Shown: one piece after another, positions 46,532 through 56,920 of the stretch
Layout: each line of letters opens with the position of its first letter
Numbering within the stretch: the first letter of the stretch is position 1
NCBI GenBank assembly: GCA_022844165.1
Contig: JALHMH010000003.1
Location: forward strand, 184,890 to 248,889
Source: Lysobacterales bacterium
Lineage (GTDB): Bacteria > Pseudomonadota > Gammaproteobacteria > Xanthomonadales > SZUA-5
Direction of reading: 5' to 3'
DNA: 64,000 nt
Notes under the pieces: model-generated
What the model was told of the DNA's origin: nothing
What the model saw: only the letters and a program-made list of their open reading frames with translations
Database searches by the model: none
Made by a program: the position numbers and the translations under genes

Positions 46532-48334
46532 ATGAGCGCCGTGCTGCAGCGCCCCGATACACTTTTCGCCGCCGACGAAGGACTCGTTGCTCCGCTGTCG
46601 AGCCAGGAATGCCTCGTGCAAAACCCGCGCACGCAAGATCGTCATGTGATGACGTTCGAAGTGTTCCAGGCACTAGATGCGTGCAAGCACTTTGCGACGA
46701 TGGATCAGCATTTGCGCAGCGTGCTGGATGCGATGCCTGCGTTGCGCGGCCAGGAAGATGCAGCAAAGCGCGTACTGGGCGGTTTCGTTGACCGGGGTCT
46801 GTTACTCAGCGCCGAACTGGTTAGCAGCGAACTCTCCGCTGCGCCGTCGCGCCGCAGAGTCAGCCTCGGCCCGATCTTCGTGCTTGCCGAAGATCGCCCA
46901 GAAGGACTGGCCCGGGCGCTCGATAGTTTGATCAAGAGTGGCGACAGTGGACTGGATCGATTGCAGATCGTCGTGCTCGATGGATCACGCAGTCAACACA
47001 GTCGAGAGGCTAACCGACGTGTTGTTGACGAACGCCGTCGCGATGCAGGCCTGAAGTACTTGGGCAACGCCGAGCGCGCCGCGTTTATCGCGCGCTTGCA
47101 GGGCCAGATCAAAATCCATGCCGCTGCGCTGACCTATCTGCTTGGCGAAGATGAAGCGCCAACGCGAGCGCAGTTGTTCAACTGGATGTTGTTGCTCGGC
47201 GCGGGCCACCGCGTGATTGTGTTCGACGATCGGCAGTTCTTGCCGCAACGTGAGATGCCGGGCGCAGAAGGTGGCATTGATCTGTTGCACAACCACGCGC
47301 GCATTGCCCATTTCATAACACCCGATGAACCGAATCCGGCCCCAGAGGCAGGTTTTGAGGACGGATCCCTGAGCGTGCAAGCCGATCGGTATGTCGGCGA
47401 GAGCATTGGCAGAGTGGTCAGTTCTCCGGGACGGCTGCAAATGGCGAGCGCAGCGCTTGCAGGCGCATCGTTGCCCTCGATTCGCCAATTCGAGCCAAGT
47501 GGCCGCGTTGCCGCGCTCATCCAGGGCAGCATTGGTTCGATCGAAGCGCCGCATAACACGTGGCTCTATCAGCTCGATCATGCCTCCAGAAACCGCTTCT
47601 GGAGCGGACGGGAGAGTTACTTGCGTTGGTACGAGGGGGACCTGGTGTGCCATGGCGTCTCACGTGCGCGCATGACGCTGGCTGGCGTCTACCAACCCAG
47701 TGCGGTTGACTTGCAGGTCCTGAGCGGCTTTGCATTACCTGGCGCTGGTGCGCGCGTAGGCCCGAGTTTCGGAGTTTTGACAAAATTCCTCGACCCAGAG
47801 AGTGCTGTGCTGCACAGTACCACCGCCAATGGCCATCAATGGCAACCGCCCATCAAGCGATCGGAAGCATCCCGTAAACCGTTCACTCCGGCGATTGCGA
47901 ATTTCCTTTCCGATCATATTCAGGCGCGAACAGGTGAATCCCGGGCGGCGGGTGGCCCCGAACGCGCTGCGGCGCTTGCAGCGTTGCTCGAAGATCTCGC
48001 GTCATCGCCCAGCGCGTCGCTGCAGGCAGAGCTCGGGGCTTACCTGACTTACAAGCGTGCCGAGCTGGTTGCAGACCTTCAGCGGCGGATCGATGAGGCA
48101 GGCAAACAGGCCCCGATCTATTGGGAAGCCGACCTGAGGGAAATCGTTCAAGCAACCGGCAAGGAATTGGTGCGCAGCGCGGCGCCGCGGCTGGCAGACT
48201 GTGCGGAGTCATTGGACGCGGCGGGTTGCGCTGAACGCGCACGTGGCGAGGTACGGCAACTGGCGGCTGCCATGCGCGCTTGGCCAGCGGCATTTGAGGC
48301 CGCACCCGGCGTCGCTCAAGCCTGGGTGGGCTAA
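46532..48334 (+). CDS. Hypothetical protein: RRE/PqqD-like N-terminus plus divergent GT-A-like domain
   Basis: 600-aa ORF in operon; DRPEGL.R.L.SL, VVLDGS and IVFDD resemble GT2 strands. Confidence 0.7.
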   Translation: MSAVLQRPDTLFAADEGLVAPLSSQECLVQNPRTQDRHVMTFEVFQALDACKHFATMDQHLRSVLDAMPALRGQEDAAKRVLGGFVDRGLLLSAELVSSELSAAPSRRRVSLGPIFVLAEDRPEGLARALDSLIKSGDSGLDRLQIVVLDGSRSQHSREANRRVVDERRRDAGLKYLGNAERAAFIARLQGQIKIHAAALTYLLGEDEAPTRAQLFNWMLLLGAGHRVIVFDDRQFLPQREMPGAEGGIDLLHNHARIAHFITPDEPNPAPEAGFEDGSLSVQADRYVGESIGRVVSSPGRLQMASAALAGASLPSIRQFEPSGRVAALIQGSIGSIEAPHNTWLYQLDHASRNRFWSGRESYLRWYEGDLVCHGVSRARMTLAGVYQPSAVDLQVLSGFALPGAGARVGPSFGVLTKFLDPESAVLHSTTANGHQWQPPIKRSEASRKPFTPAIANFLSDHIQARTGESRAAGGPERAAALAALLEDLASSPSASLQAELGAYLTYKRAELVADLQRRIDEAGKQAPIYWEADLREIVQATGKELVRSAAPRLADCAESLDAAGCAERARGEVRQLAAAMRAWPAAFEAAPGVAQAWVG

Positions 48335-48357
48335 CGCCGCGCCGATATCTCCTGCGC

Positions 48358-49227
48358 ATGCGCCTTGCGGCAGTCGTCGTCAACTACCATTCCGGACCGC
48401 TGCTGGAGGAATGTCTGCGCCGATTGCTCGCACACGCTGCGGTGCATGAGTTGGCGCTGGTCGACAATGGCTCGGTGCGCGGCGAGATCGATGCTTTGCT
48501 GACCCGACTGAACGATCGGCGCATCGTTCGACTCGACTTGCTCGACAATCCCGGCTTTGCCACGGCGTGCAATCGTGGTGCGCGCGCCACGCATGCGCCG
48601 CACCTGCTGTTTTGCAATCCAGACTGTCTGCTCGACACTGACGCTCTCAATGACTTGTGCTCGGCAGCGCAGGCGATTGAGCACTCGCATCCGCTGGGTG
48701 CGCTCGGCGCGACGCTGGTCGATCGCCACGGGCGTGTCGATTCTGCCAGCGCGCGCCGCGATCCCACGCCACTGCGGGCTGTTGTGACCGCACTCGGGTT
48801 GGAGCGGTGGCTGCCCACACGCGGTATCCATGTGGCGATCGAAGGCAACGCGCCGATGCCAGTGGATGCGATCAGCGGGGCGTTGATGTTGTTGCGTCGC
48901 GACGCCTTTTACGCGATTCGCGGTTTCGATGAAGGCTACTTCATGCACAGTGAGGACTTGGACTTGTGCCGTCGCCTGCGTGAGCAGGGCTACGGTGTCT
49001 GGCTGCATCCTGCGGTTCGCGCATTGCACGTCAAAGGCGTTTCGAGTGCGCGTCATCCGTACCGAATCGAATACGCCAAGTACTTGAGCGTCCTGCGCTA
49101 TTTCGACAAGTTCGATGCGCCACATATTGCGGCGCCGCTGCGGCTGATGGTTCGGGTAGGGGCATTGGCGCGCCTGCTGCTGCATTGGGCTTTGGCAGGT
49201 GCGCGCCGGCTGAGCTTCAGGCGATGA
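48358..49227 (+). CDS. Glycosyltransferase family 2 (WbbL-like)
   Basis: VVVNY, VDNGS, N.GFA.ACNRG, NPD, FDEGYFM..EDLDLC. Confidence 0.92.
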   Translation: MRLAAVVVNYHSGPLLEECLRRLLAHAAVHELALVDNGSVRGEIDALLTRLNDRRIVRLDLLDNPGFATACNRGARATHAPHLLFCNPDCLLDTDALNDLCSAAQAIEHSHPLGALGATLVDRHGRVDSASARRDPTPLRAVVTALGLERWLPTRGIHVAIEGNAPMPVDAISGALMLLRRDAFYAIRGFDEGYFMHSEDLDLCRRLREQGYGVWLHPAVRALHVKGVSSARHPYRIEYAKYLSVLRYFDKFDAPHIAAPLRLMVRVGALARLLLHWALAGARRLSFRR

Positions 49228-50236
49228 TGGTTTTTGCCGGTGCCCCGGCAATTTCCTGAGCAAGACGTGGTACCAAATAACCCGGCAAGCTGTTGCGCAG
49301 TTCTCCGACGAGCGACCGCGCACGCACTTCTGGCACAGCAAAGTGGGCCGCTCCAGCGACACGATCGAGCGAGTGCAAGTAATACGGCAACACGCCAGCA
49401 TCGAACAGCGCTTCGCTCAGTTCGCGCAATGCGGTCGCGCTGTCGTTGACGCCCGCCAGTAGAACACTCTGGTTCAACAGCGTCGCACCCGAGGCACGCA
49501 AACGCGCACAAGCGGCGCGCACGCCGGCATCAATCTCGTTTCCGTGGTTGGCGTGTATCACGACCGTCATTGGCCACGGCAGTCGCTCTAACCAGAGCAG
49601 CAATTCAGCGTCAATGCGGTCTGGCAAAACCACCGGCCAGCGCGTGTGCAGTCTTAGACGGCTGACGTGCGGAATCTGCGCCAGCCGATCGGTCAGCGAA
49701 GCCAGCTTCTGTGTGCTCAGAGACAGCGGATCGCCGCCACTCAAGATCACCTCGCGCAAACTCGGATCGCGCTCGACGACGGCTATCGCCTCGCGCCACT
49801 CATCGCGCGCCGCAAGTTCGTCGCTGTAGGGGAAATGGCGCCTGAAACAATATCGGCAATGCACCGCACAGCTACCGGTCGCGATCAGCAGCACCCGGCC
49901 GTGGTACTTCTGGATCACGCCCGGCGCGCGCATCCCATCCATATCGCCAACCGGATCAGACAAGTCGCCCGGTACGCGGCGATCTTCGTCGCTGATCGGC
50001 AGTACCTGACGTAACAACGGATCGTGCGCATCGCCGTGCCGCATCCGCGCAACGTAAGAGAGCGGCGCCAGCAGCGGAAACTTGGTCGCATCGGCGCTGA
50101 GGCCCACGTCAGCCGCCGATAAACCGAGTACCTGCAGCAACTGCACAGGTTCACGGATCGCGTCGCGCAGCTGTTTACGCCAATCAGAACTGGAAAAGGA
50201 CGCCATGCTCGGCACTGGCGTCAAAGCGGCTATCAT
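49217..50236 (-). CDS. epmB: EF-P beta-lysylation lysine 2,3-aminomutase
   Basis: CAVHCRYCFRRHFPY radical-SAM motif; SGGDP; divergent from efp. Confidence 0.93.
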   Translation of the reverse strand: MIAALTPVPSMASFSSSDWRKQLRDAIREPVQLLQVLGLSAADVGLSADATKFPLLAPLSYVARMRHGDAHDPLLRQVLPISDEDRRVPGDLSDPVGDMDGMRAPGVIQKYHGRVLLIATGSCAVHCRYCFRRHFPYSDELAARDEWREAIAVVERDPSLREVILSGGDPLSLSTQKLASLTDRLAQIPHVSRLRLHTRWPVVLPDRIDAELLLWLERLPWPMTVVIHANHGNEIDAGVRAACARLRASGATLLNQSVLLAGVNDSATALRELSEALFDAGVLPYYLHSLDRVAGAAHFAVPEVRARSLVGELRNSLPGYLVPRLAQEIAGAPAKTIIA

Positions 50237-50324
50237 CTCTGGCTCAATTTCGACTCGCGGCCGATGCCGCGTCGCCCGCAATCATACCGGTGCGTTCGCG
50301 CCGACTTAATCGATGGAGAAATGC

Positions 50325-50894
50325 ATGGCCAGCTATGGCATGAACGATGTGCGCAACGGGCTGAAAATTTTGATCGATGGCGACCCGTACGTCATCGTCG
50401 ACACGGAATACGTCAAGCCGGGCAAAGGCCAGGCGTTCACCCGCGTCAAGATTCGCAATTTGAAGAACGATCGCACCGTCGAGCGCACGCTCAAGGGCAG
50501 CGATTCTGTGGACGGCGCCGATGTGGTCGACACCGATATGCAGTTCTTGTACACCGACGGCGAGTTTTGGCATTTCATGCAGAGCGAGAGCTATGAGCAG
50601 TTCCAGGCTGACAAGGCTGCCGCTGGCGATGCCGCACAATGGCTGCGCGAGCAGGACATGTGCATCGTGACGCTGTGGAACGGCGCACCACTCACGGTCA
50701 CGCCGCCGAACTTTGTGGAACTCAAGATCGTCGAAACTGATCCGGGCGTGCGCGGCGACACCGCTCAAGGCGGCGGCAAACCAGCCAAACTCGAAACAGG
50801 TGCCGTGGTTCGCGTGCCGCTTTTTATCGAGAACGGCGAGGTCGTGCGCGTGGATACGCGTTCCGGCGAATACGTCGGCCGAGCAGGGAAGTAG
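50325..50894 (+). CDS. efp: Elongation factor P
   Basis: [26 protein letters not shown]. Confidence 0.97.
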   Translation: MASYGMNDVRNGLKILIDGDPYVIVDTEYVKPGKGQAFTRVKIRNLKNDRTVERTLKGSDSVDGADVVDTDMQFLYTDGEFWHFMQSESYEQFQADKAAAGDAAQWLREQDMCIVTLWNGAPLTVTPPNFVELKIVETDPGVRGDTAQGGGKPAKLETGAVVRVPLFIENGEVVRVDTRSGEYVGRAGK

Positions 50895-50949
50895 TGTTTG
50901 CAGATTGAAGCGTGAAGCCATCAGCCACCAGCAGGCACTCACCAACGCG

Positions 50950-52269
50950 ATGAACGCCGACCTGCAAATCGACGCACGCTGGATCATCCCCGTCGTACCA
51001 GCAGGTGTAGTGCTCGACGAGCACAGTGTGATTGTCAATCGCGGCCGGATCGTGGCGTTGTTGCCGACAACCGAGGCAGACGCACGCTTTAACCCGGCGC
51101 AGCGATGCGTGCTGCCGAACCACGCGTTGTTGCCTGGGTTGGTCAACGCACATTGTCACGCGGCCATGACCCTGTTGCGCGGCATCGCCGACGATCTGCC
51201 GCTGATGACCTGGCTGCAGGACCACATTTGGCCCGTCGAAGGTGCCCTGGTGTGTGCGCAGATGGTCCATGATGGAGCAGCGCTCGCAGCTTACGAGATG
51301 CTGGCCGGCGGTATTACCGCCGTCAACGATCAGTATTTCTTTCCCGAAAGCTCTGCTCGCGCCTACCGCGAAGCAGGCATGCGCGCCAGTTTGGGCGTTC
51401 CCATCATCGAATTTCCAACGCCCTATGCACGCGACGCCGGCGACTATTTGCGCCGCGGATTGGCGCTTGCAGATGAAGTGCGAGGCGATGAATTCCTGGT
51501 GGCGTCATTCGCACCGCATGCGCCGTATACCGTGTCGGACGACAGCTTCAAGAAGATTCGCACGTACGCCGATCAGTTGAATCTGCGAATCCAATGCCAC
51601 ATCCATGAAACTGCCTTCGAGGTCGAAGACGCCAAGGCCAAGAACGGTGAAAGGCCGTTTTCGCGCCTCAAGCGCCTGGGTTTGATCGGACCCGATTTGA
51701 CCGCCGTGCATATGACGCAGCTGACCGTGGCTGAAATCCAGGACGTTGCGCGTTTCGGCGTCGTGATTGCGCATTGCCCGGAATCGAACTTGAAGTTGGC
51801 CAGTGGATTTTGTCCCGTGGCCGAGCTGCTCAAGGCGGGTGCGAAGGTGGCGATCGGTACCGACGGCGCCGCAAGCAACAACGATCTGGACCTGTTGGGC
51901 GAAACCAGGACAGCGGCGCTGTTGGCGAAGGCAGTGGCGATGGATGCCGCTGCCCTGAGCGCTTCGCAAGCGCTCGAAGCCGCGACCTTGTCTGGTGCGC
52001 GATCCTTAGGTTTGGAAGACACCATTGGCAGTCTCGAAGTCGGCAAATGGGCTGATCTGTGTGCGATCGATTTTTCAGGCTTGCACCTGGCGCCGGTCTT
52101 CAATCCCATTTCGCACGTCGTGTACGCGGCGAGTCGCCGCGATGTCAGCGATGTTTGGGTAGCAGGCGCGCAACGCGTGCGCGATGGCACTGTGCTGCGC
52201 GCCGACCCTGAGCGCCTGCGCGCCCTCGCGAGCGATTGGGCACTGAAAGCGCGTGCGGTACGCGCGTGA
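50950..52269 (+). CDS. mtaD: MTA/SAH deaminase (TRZ/ATZ amidohydrolase)
   Basis: PGLVNAHCH, PHAPY, HIHET, GTDGAASNN; upstream of ubiG. Confidence 0.85.
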   Translation: MNADLQIDARWIIPVVPAGVVLDEHSVIVNRGRIVALLPTTEADARFNPAQRCVLPNHALLPGLVNAHCHAAMTLLRGIADDLPLMTWLQDHIWPVEGALVCAQMVHDGAALAAYEMLAGGITAVNDQYFFPESSARAYREAGMRASLGVPIIEFPTPYARDAGDYLRRGLALADEVRGDEFLVASFAPHAPYTVSDDSFKKIRTYADQLNLRIQCHIHETAFEVEDAKAKNGERPFSRLKRLGLIGPDLTAVHMTQLTVAEIQDVARFGVVIAHCPESNLKLASGFCPVAELLKAGAKVAIGTDGAASNNDLDLLGETRTAALLAKAVAMDAAALSASQALEAATLSGARSLGLEDTIGSLEVGKWADLCAIDFSGLHLAPVFNPISHVVYAASRRDVSDVWVAGAQRVRDGTVLRADPERLRALASDWALKARAVRA

Positions 52270-52958
52270 ACAGCGATGCCGCCGAACTGAAGCGATTCGA
52301 CGCCGTCGCCGCGCGCTGGTGGGATGAATCCGGGCCCTTCCGTCCGTTACACGATCTGAATCCCGTGCGCCTGGGTTTCATCGAGGCACGTATTTCGCTG
52401 CGCGGATCGCGGATCGTCGATGTCGGCTGCGGCGGCGGCATTTTGTCCGAGGCCATGGCACGCAAGGGGGCGCAAGTCACCGGGATCGATCTGGCGGCAG
52501 AGGCGCTCGAAGTGGCGAAGCTACATGCGCTCGAAAGCAACGTTCTGGTGAACTATCGCGAAATTTCGGCCGAGGCGCTCGCCGCCGAGCAGCCCGCCAG
52601 CGTCGACGCCGTGACCTGTCTGGAAATGCTGGAACATGTGCCCGATCCGCAGAGTGTATTGAATGCCTGCGCGGCCTTGCTCAAGCCTGGTGGTTGGTTG
52701 TTCGTTTCGACGCTCAATCGCACGGCAAAGGCCTTCGCGCTGGGCATTGTCGGTGCTGAATACCTGCTCGGCTTGTTGCCGCGCGGGACGCACCGTTACG
52801 ACCGATTTATCAAACCCTCGGAGCTGCGCCGCGGTTTGCGCACGGCAGGCGCCGTGGAGATCGAGTTTATGGGCATCCGCTACGATCCGCTGACGCGCGG
52901 CGCGCGCTTGAGTGACGATGTTGCGATCAATTATCTGTGTGCCTGCCGCCGCGCATGA
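52266..52958 (+). CDS. ubiG: Ubiquinone biosynthesis O-methyltransferase
   Basis: WWD..GPFRPLH.LNP.RL, DVGCGGGILSE, EMLEHVPDP. Confidence 0.95.
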   Translation: MNSDAAELKRFDAVAARWWDESGPFRPLHDLNPVRLGFIEARISLRGSRIVDVGCGGGILSEAMARKGAQVTGIDLAAEALEVAKLHALESNVLVNYREISAEALAAEQPASVDAVTCLEMLEHVPDPQSVLNACAALLKPGGWLFVSTLNRTAKAFALGIVGAEYLLGLLPRGTHRYDRFIKPSELRRGLRTAGAVEIEFMGIRYDPLTRGARLSDDVAINYLCACRRA

Positions 52959-53605
52959 AAGCGGTGCTGTTCGACCTCGATGGTACGCTCGTCGACACGG
53001 CGCCAGACCTGCTCGGCGCGCTCGAGGACTTGCGAGTTGAACTCGGTCTTGCGGCACTGCAAACACCCTTGCCTGCAGCCGTGGCTGCGCGCGGTGGTCG
53101 CGGCATTCTGACGCTCGGCCTGCCGGAAATTGTGGATGCCGCCGAGACCTTTTTGCCACGTTATCTGGCGACGTACCAGCGACGCATCGCTCGCGCCAGC
53201 AAACCCTACCCGGGCATCGAGTCGCTGCTTGATACACTGAAAATGCGCGGCGTCGCGTGCGCAATCGTCACCAACAAACCCGAAGCACTGGCTCGCCAGT
53301 TATTGGATGCCATCGGCTGGTCAAGCCGTTTTGTCAGTCTGGTCGGCGGTGATACCTTGCCGCAACGCAAACCGGCAGCACAGCCAGTGCTGCGTGCCTG
53401 CGACGAGGCGCGTGTCGCGCCGGGCGAGGCCGTGATGGTGGGAGACGATATCCGGGACATTGAGGCCGGACGGGCCGCTGGATGCGAACGCACCATTGCC
53501 TGTGCTTATGGTTACGTCGAGGCGCCCGAATTGCTGCCGGGCTGGGGCGCCGACGCGGTTGCCCACACGCCCGAACAGCTATTGGCATTGCTCTGGAGCC
53601 CCTGA
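52955..53605 (+). CDS. HAD phosphatase (Gph/MupP-like)
   Basis: FDLDGTLVD, VTNK, KP, VGD..RDI; follows ubiG. Confidence 0.88.
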   Translation: MKAVLFDLDGTLVDTAPDLLGALEDLRVELGLAALQTPLPAAVAARGGRGILTLGLPEIVDAAETFLPRYLATYQRRIARASKPYPGIESLLDTLKMRGVACAIVTNKPEALARQLLDAIGWSSRFVSLVGGDTLPQRKPAAQPVLRACDEARVAPGEAVMVGDDIRDIEAGRAAGCERTIACAYGYVEAPELLPGWGADAVAHTPEQLLALLWSP

Positions 53606-53729
53606 CCGGATCTTGTCAGTTGAGTCTGCTTTTTTCGAAGCGGCTCGCTGGTACCCCACGAAACGCGTTGCGGCTTTGTGCCTGTTGACCTACGATCCAG
53701 CCGAGAATGGTGACCACCGTCAGGCAGGG

Positions 53730-54659
53730 ATGTCCATGGTATTGCATCAAACCAGCGGCCGCTGGCGCCTTGGTTTGGCGCTGGCCTTGGCCACCGCTTT
53801 TTTCTGGGCAACGCTGCCGGTCGCGCTGAAACTCGCGTTGGAAGTTGTTGATGCCGTGACGTTGACATGGTTTCGCTTTCTGATCGCAAGCCTGGTCATC
53901 GGCGGTTGGCTCGCGTGGCGTGGGCGGATAGGACAGTTTCGCGAACTCTCGCGAAACGCCTGGTGGCTGTTGGCCATCGCTGCGTGCGGTTTGATCGGCA
54001 ACTATCTAGGTTACCTCTTCGGCTTGGGATTGACCTCGCCTGCGAATGCGCAACTGCTGATCCAGTTGGCACCGCTGCTCCTGGCGATCGGCGGCGTAGC
54101 GATTTTCCGCGAACGGTTGAATCACAAGCAGTGGCTCGGTTACGCCGCCGTCGCGAGCGGCTTGTTGTTGTTCTTCGGCGAACAGTGGCAACGCGCCAGC
54201 GGCACGCATTATGGTCTTGGCGCATTGCTGATCGCACTGGCCGCGGCCGCATGGGCAGGATATGCCCTGGCGCAGAAGCAGTTGCTGCGCCGCCTCGATT
54301 CGGCAGCAATCTTGTGGTTCATCTATCTGGCAGCGACCGCGCTGTTGTTGCCGTTTTCAGCGCCGCAGCAATTGCTTAAGGTCGATGCCGCGCATTGGTG
54401 GGCGATTGGCTACTGCGCGTTGAACACGATTGGTGCCTACGGTTGTTTTGCAGAAGCACTGGCGCATTGGGAGGCTTCGCGTGTCAGTGCGATTTTGGCG
54501 CTGACGCCCATTCTGACAGTGCTCAGTGTGGCCGCGTTCGCTTTGTTAGTCCCCGGCGCGATTGCACCCGAGCGCATCGGCTTGTTGGGTTGGATCGGCG
54601 CCGGCACGGTCGTGGCTGGATCGGCAGCGGTGAGTCTGCTGGCGAGGCACGGGCGCTGA
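53730..54659 (+). CDS. DMT/EamA family transporter
   Basis: About 10 TMs in two EamA repeats; AEAL.HWEASRVSA. Confidence 0.88.
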   Translation: MSMVLHQTSGRWRLGLALALATAFFWATLPVALKLALEVVDAVTLTWFRFLIASLVIGGWLAWRGRIGQFRELSRNAWWLLAIAACGLIGNYLGYLFGLGLTSPANAQLLIQLAPLLLAIGGVAIFRERLNHKQWLGYAAVASGLLLFFGEQWQRASGTHYGLGALLIALAAAAWAGYALAQKQLLRRLDSAAILWFIYLAATALLLPFSAPQQLLKVDAAHWWAIGYCALNTIGAYGCFAEALAHWEASRVSAILALTPILTVLSVAAFALLVPGAIAPERIGLLGWIGAGTVVAGSAAVSLLARHGR

Positions 54660-54749
54660 CACCAGCAACACGCATTGAGGAGCGAAAGGCGGCCAATAGC
54701 GCAACATTCTGCTATCAACGCGTCTGATTCGCTGCTAACGGTGATCGAG

Positions 54750-55139
54750 ATGCGTTTGTTTCCTTTTTTGCTGCTCCCAATCCTGATCGCGCACGGAATG
54801 GTCCTGTCCGGGATCGACCTGTCGGCGGCTTGGCTGACGATGCCGCTGCCTTCCGATCACGAGTTCGCACTGAGTTACGGCGCGGCATTGATCGCGCTCG
54901 CGCTGCTGACGCTATTAGGCGAAGTGTACAAAGCCACCAGCGCAGTGCGCGCCTCGTTCGCCGATCACAGTCTGTCGCTCGCGCTGTTTGTGCTCTTGCT
55001 CCTGGAGTTTCTGTTGTGGAGTAAGGCCGGCAACAGCACGTTTTTCTTGCTGTTGGTCATCGCTCTGGTCGACGTGCTCGCCGGGATCGCCGTCGGTCTG
55101 GCGGTCGCCAGGCGCGATGTCGGGATTCTGCGCGAGTAG
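54750..55139 (+). CDS. Hypothetical membrane protein
   Basis: Four TMs; E..KAT, DH.LS, EFLL, DV.AG, ARRD pattern. Confidence 0.75.
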   Translation: MRLFPFLLLPILIAHGMVLSGIDLSAAWLTMPLPSDHEFALSYGAALIALALLTLLGEVYKATSAVRASFADHSLSLALFVLLLLEFLLWSKAGNSTFFLLLVIALVDVLAGIAVGLAVARRDVGILRE

Positions 55140-55211
55140 GTTTGCTCGCGACCTCATGAACTGTCCCGGTTAGGCTCTAACATTTGCCGCACGTCGAAAA
55201 GGCACCCACTC

Positions 55212-56819
55212 ATGCCCCAAATCGAATCCCAGATCGACATCCGCTCGCCAGATTTCATCGCCAACGCTGCCGCATTGCGCGAAGCGGTCGAAGATCTCAA
55301 ACGCCAGTTGCATAAAGCCAGCGAAGGCGGCGGCGAGAAGGCGCGTGTCAAACATACGGAACGCGGCAAGCTACTGCCGCGCGAACGCATCCGCGCGTTG
55401 CTCGATCCGGGGTCACCGTTTTTGGAGCTATCGCCGCTCGCCGCGTTTGGCATGTACGATGACGCGGCGCCGTGTGCGGGAGTGATCACCGGCATCGGCC
55501 GCGTCTGCGACACCGAAGTCATGGTCGTCGCAAACGATGCCACGGTCAAAGGTGGCACCTATTTCCCGCTCACCGTCAAAAAACACCTGCGGGCGCAGGA
55601 AGTGGCGCTCGAGAACCACTTGCCATGCGTATATCTGGTCGATTCGGGCGGCGCTTTTCTGCCGCTGCAGGACGAAGTATTTCCCGATCGCGATCACTTC
55701 GGACGCATCTTCTACAATCAGGCGCGATTGTCGGCGCTGAACATTCCGCAGATTGCGGTGGTGATGGGCTCATGCACCGCTGGCGGCGCGTATGTGCCGG
55801 CGATGAGCGATGAGACCATCATCGTTCGCGAACAGGGCACGATTTTCCTCGGCGGCCCACCGTTGGTCAAAGCCGCCACTGGCGAAGTCGTCGATGCGGA
55901 GGCCCTGGGTGGCGCCGACGTGCATACCAGCATCTCCGGCGTTGCCGATCACTTCGCCGAAGACGACGCGCATGCGCTGGAACTGGCGCGTGGCGCCGTG
56001 GCGCGTCTCAACCGCGTCAAAACGGTTCCGCTCAAGCTGCAGCGACCTACGGAGCCCAAGTATGCTGCGGACGAGATCTACGGCATCGTGCCGCGCGACA
56101 CACGGATCCCGTTCGACATCCGCGAACTGATTGCGCGCATCGTCGATGGCAGCGACATGCATGAGTTCAAGGCGCGCTATGGGAAAACGCTGGTGTGTGG
56201 TTTTGCGCATATCTACGGTTACCCGGTAGGCATCGTCGCCAACAACGGCATTCTGTTCGCCGAAAGCGCTTTGAAGGGTGCGCACTTCATCGAACTTTGC
56301 AACCAGCGCAATGTGCCGCTGGTGTTTTTGCAGAACATCACCGGTTTTATGGTCGGGCGCAAATACGAAAACGCCGGCATTGCCAAAGACGGCGCAAAAA
56401 TGGTCACCGCTGTGGCCTGCTCGCATGTACCCAAATTCACGGTGATCACCGGCGGCAGTTTTGGTGCCGGCAACTACGCGATGTGCGGCCGTGGTTATAG
56501 CCCTAGGTTTCTGTGGATGTGGCCGAATGCGCGCATCAGCGTGATGGGCGGCGAACAGGCGGCCAGCGTGCTGGCGACCGTCAAGCGCGACGGCATCGAA
56601 GCTGCCGGTAAAACATGGAGTGCTGAAGAGGAAGCCGAATTCAAATCACCGGTTCGCGCGCAGTACGAGCGGCAAGGCCATCCCTACTATGCCAGCGCAC
56701 GCCTCTGGGATGATGGCGTCATCGATCCTGTCGATACGCGCCGGGTGCTCGGACTCGCGATCTCCGCAGCGCTGAACGCGCCCATCGTGCCCGGCCGATT
56801 CGGCGTGTTTCGTATGTGA
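55212..56819 (+). CDS. liuB: 3-methylcrotonyl-CoA carboxylase beta subunit
   Basis: [40 protein letters not shown]. Confidence 0.92.
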   Translation: MPQIESQIDIRSPDFIANAAALREAVEDLKRQLHKASEGGGEKARVKHTERGKLLPRERIRALLDPGSPFLELSPLAAFGMYDDAAPCAGVITGIGRVCDTEVMVVANDATVKGGTYFPLTVKKHLRAQEVALENHLPCVYLVDSGGAFLPLQDEVFPDRDHFGRIFYNQARLSALNIPQIAVVMGSCTAGGAYVPAMSDETIIVREQGTIFLGGPPLVKAATGEVVDAEALGGADVHTSISGVADHFAEDDAHALELARGAVARLNRVKTVPLKLQRPTEPKYAADEIYGIVPRDTRIPFDIRELIARIVDGSDMHEFKARYGKTLVCGFAHIYGYPVGIVANNGILFAESALKGAHFIELCNQRNVPLVFLQNITGFMVGRKYENAGIAKDGAKMVTAVACSHVPKFTVITGGSFGAGNYAMCGRGYSPRFLWMWPNARISVMGGEQAASVLATVKRDGIEAAGKTWSAEEEAEFKSPVRAQYERQGHPYYASARLWDDGVIDPVDTRRVLGLAISAALNAPIVPGRFGVFRM

Positions 56820-56920
56820 CGGCGAGCGGTATTTGGTCTGCCGACAATCAAGTTTGAACCCAGAAACCTCAGTTGGACGTGGCAAAGGCGCGTAGTGCAC
56901 CTACGGGGCAGGAAAAGCGA

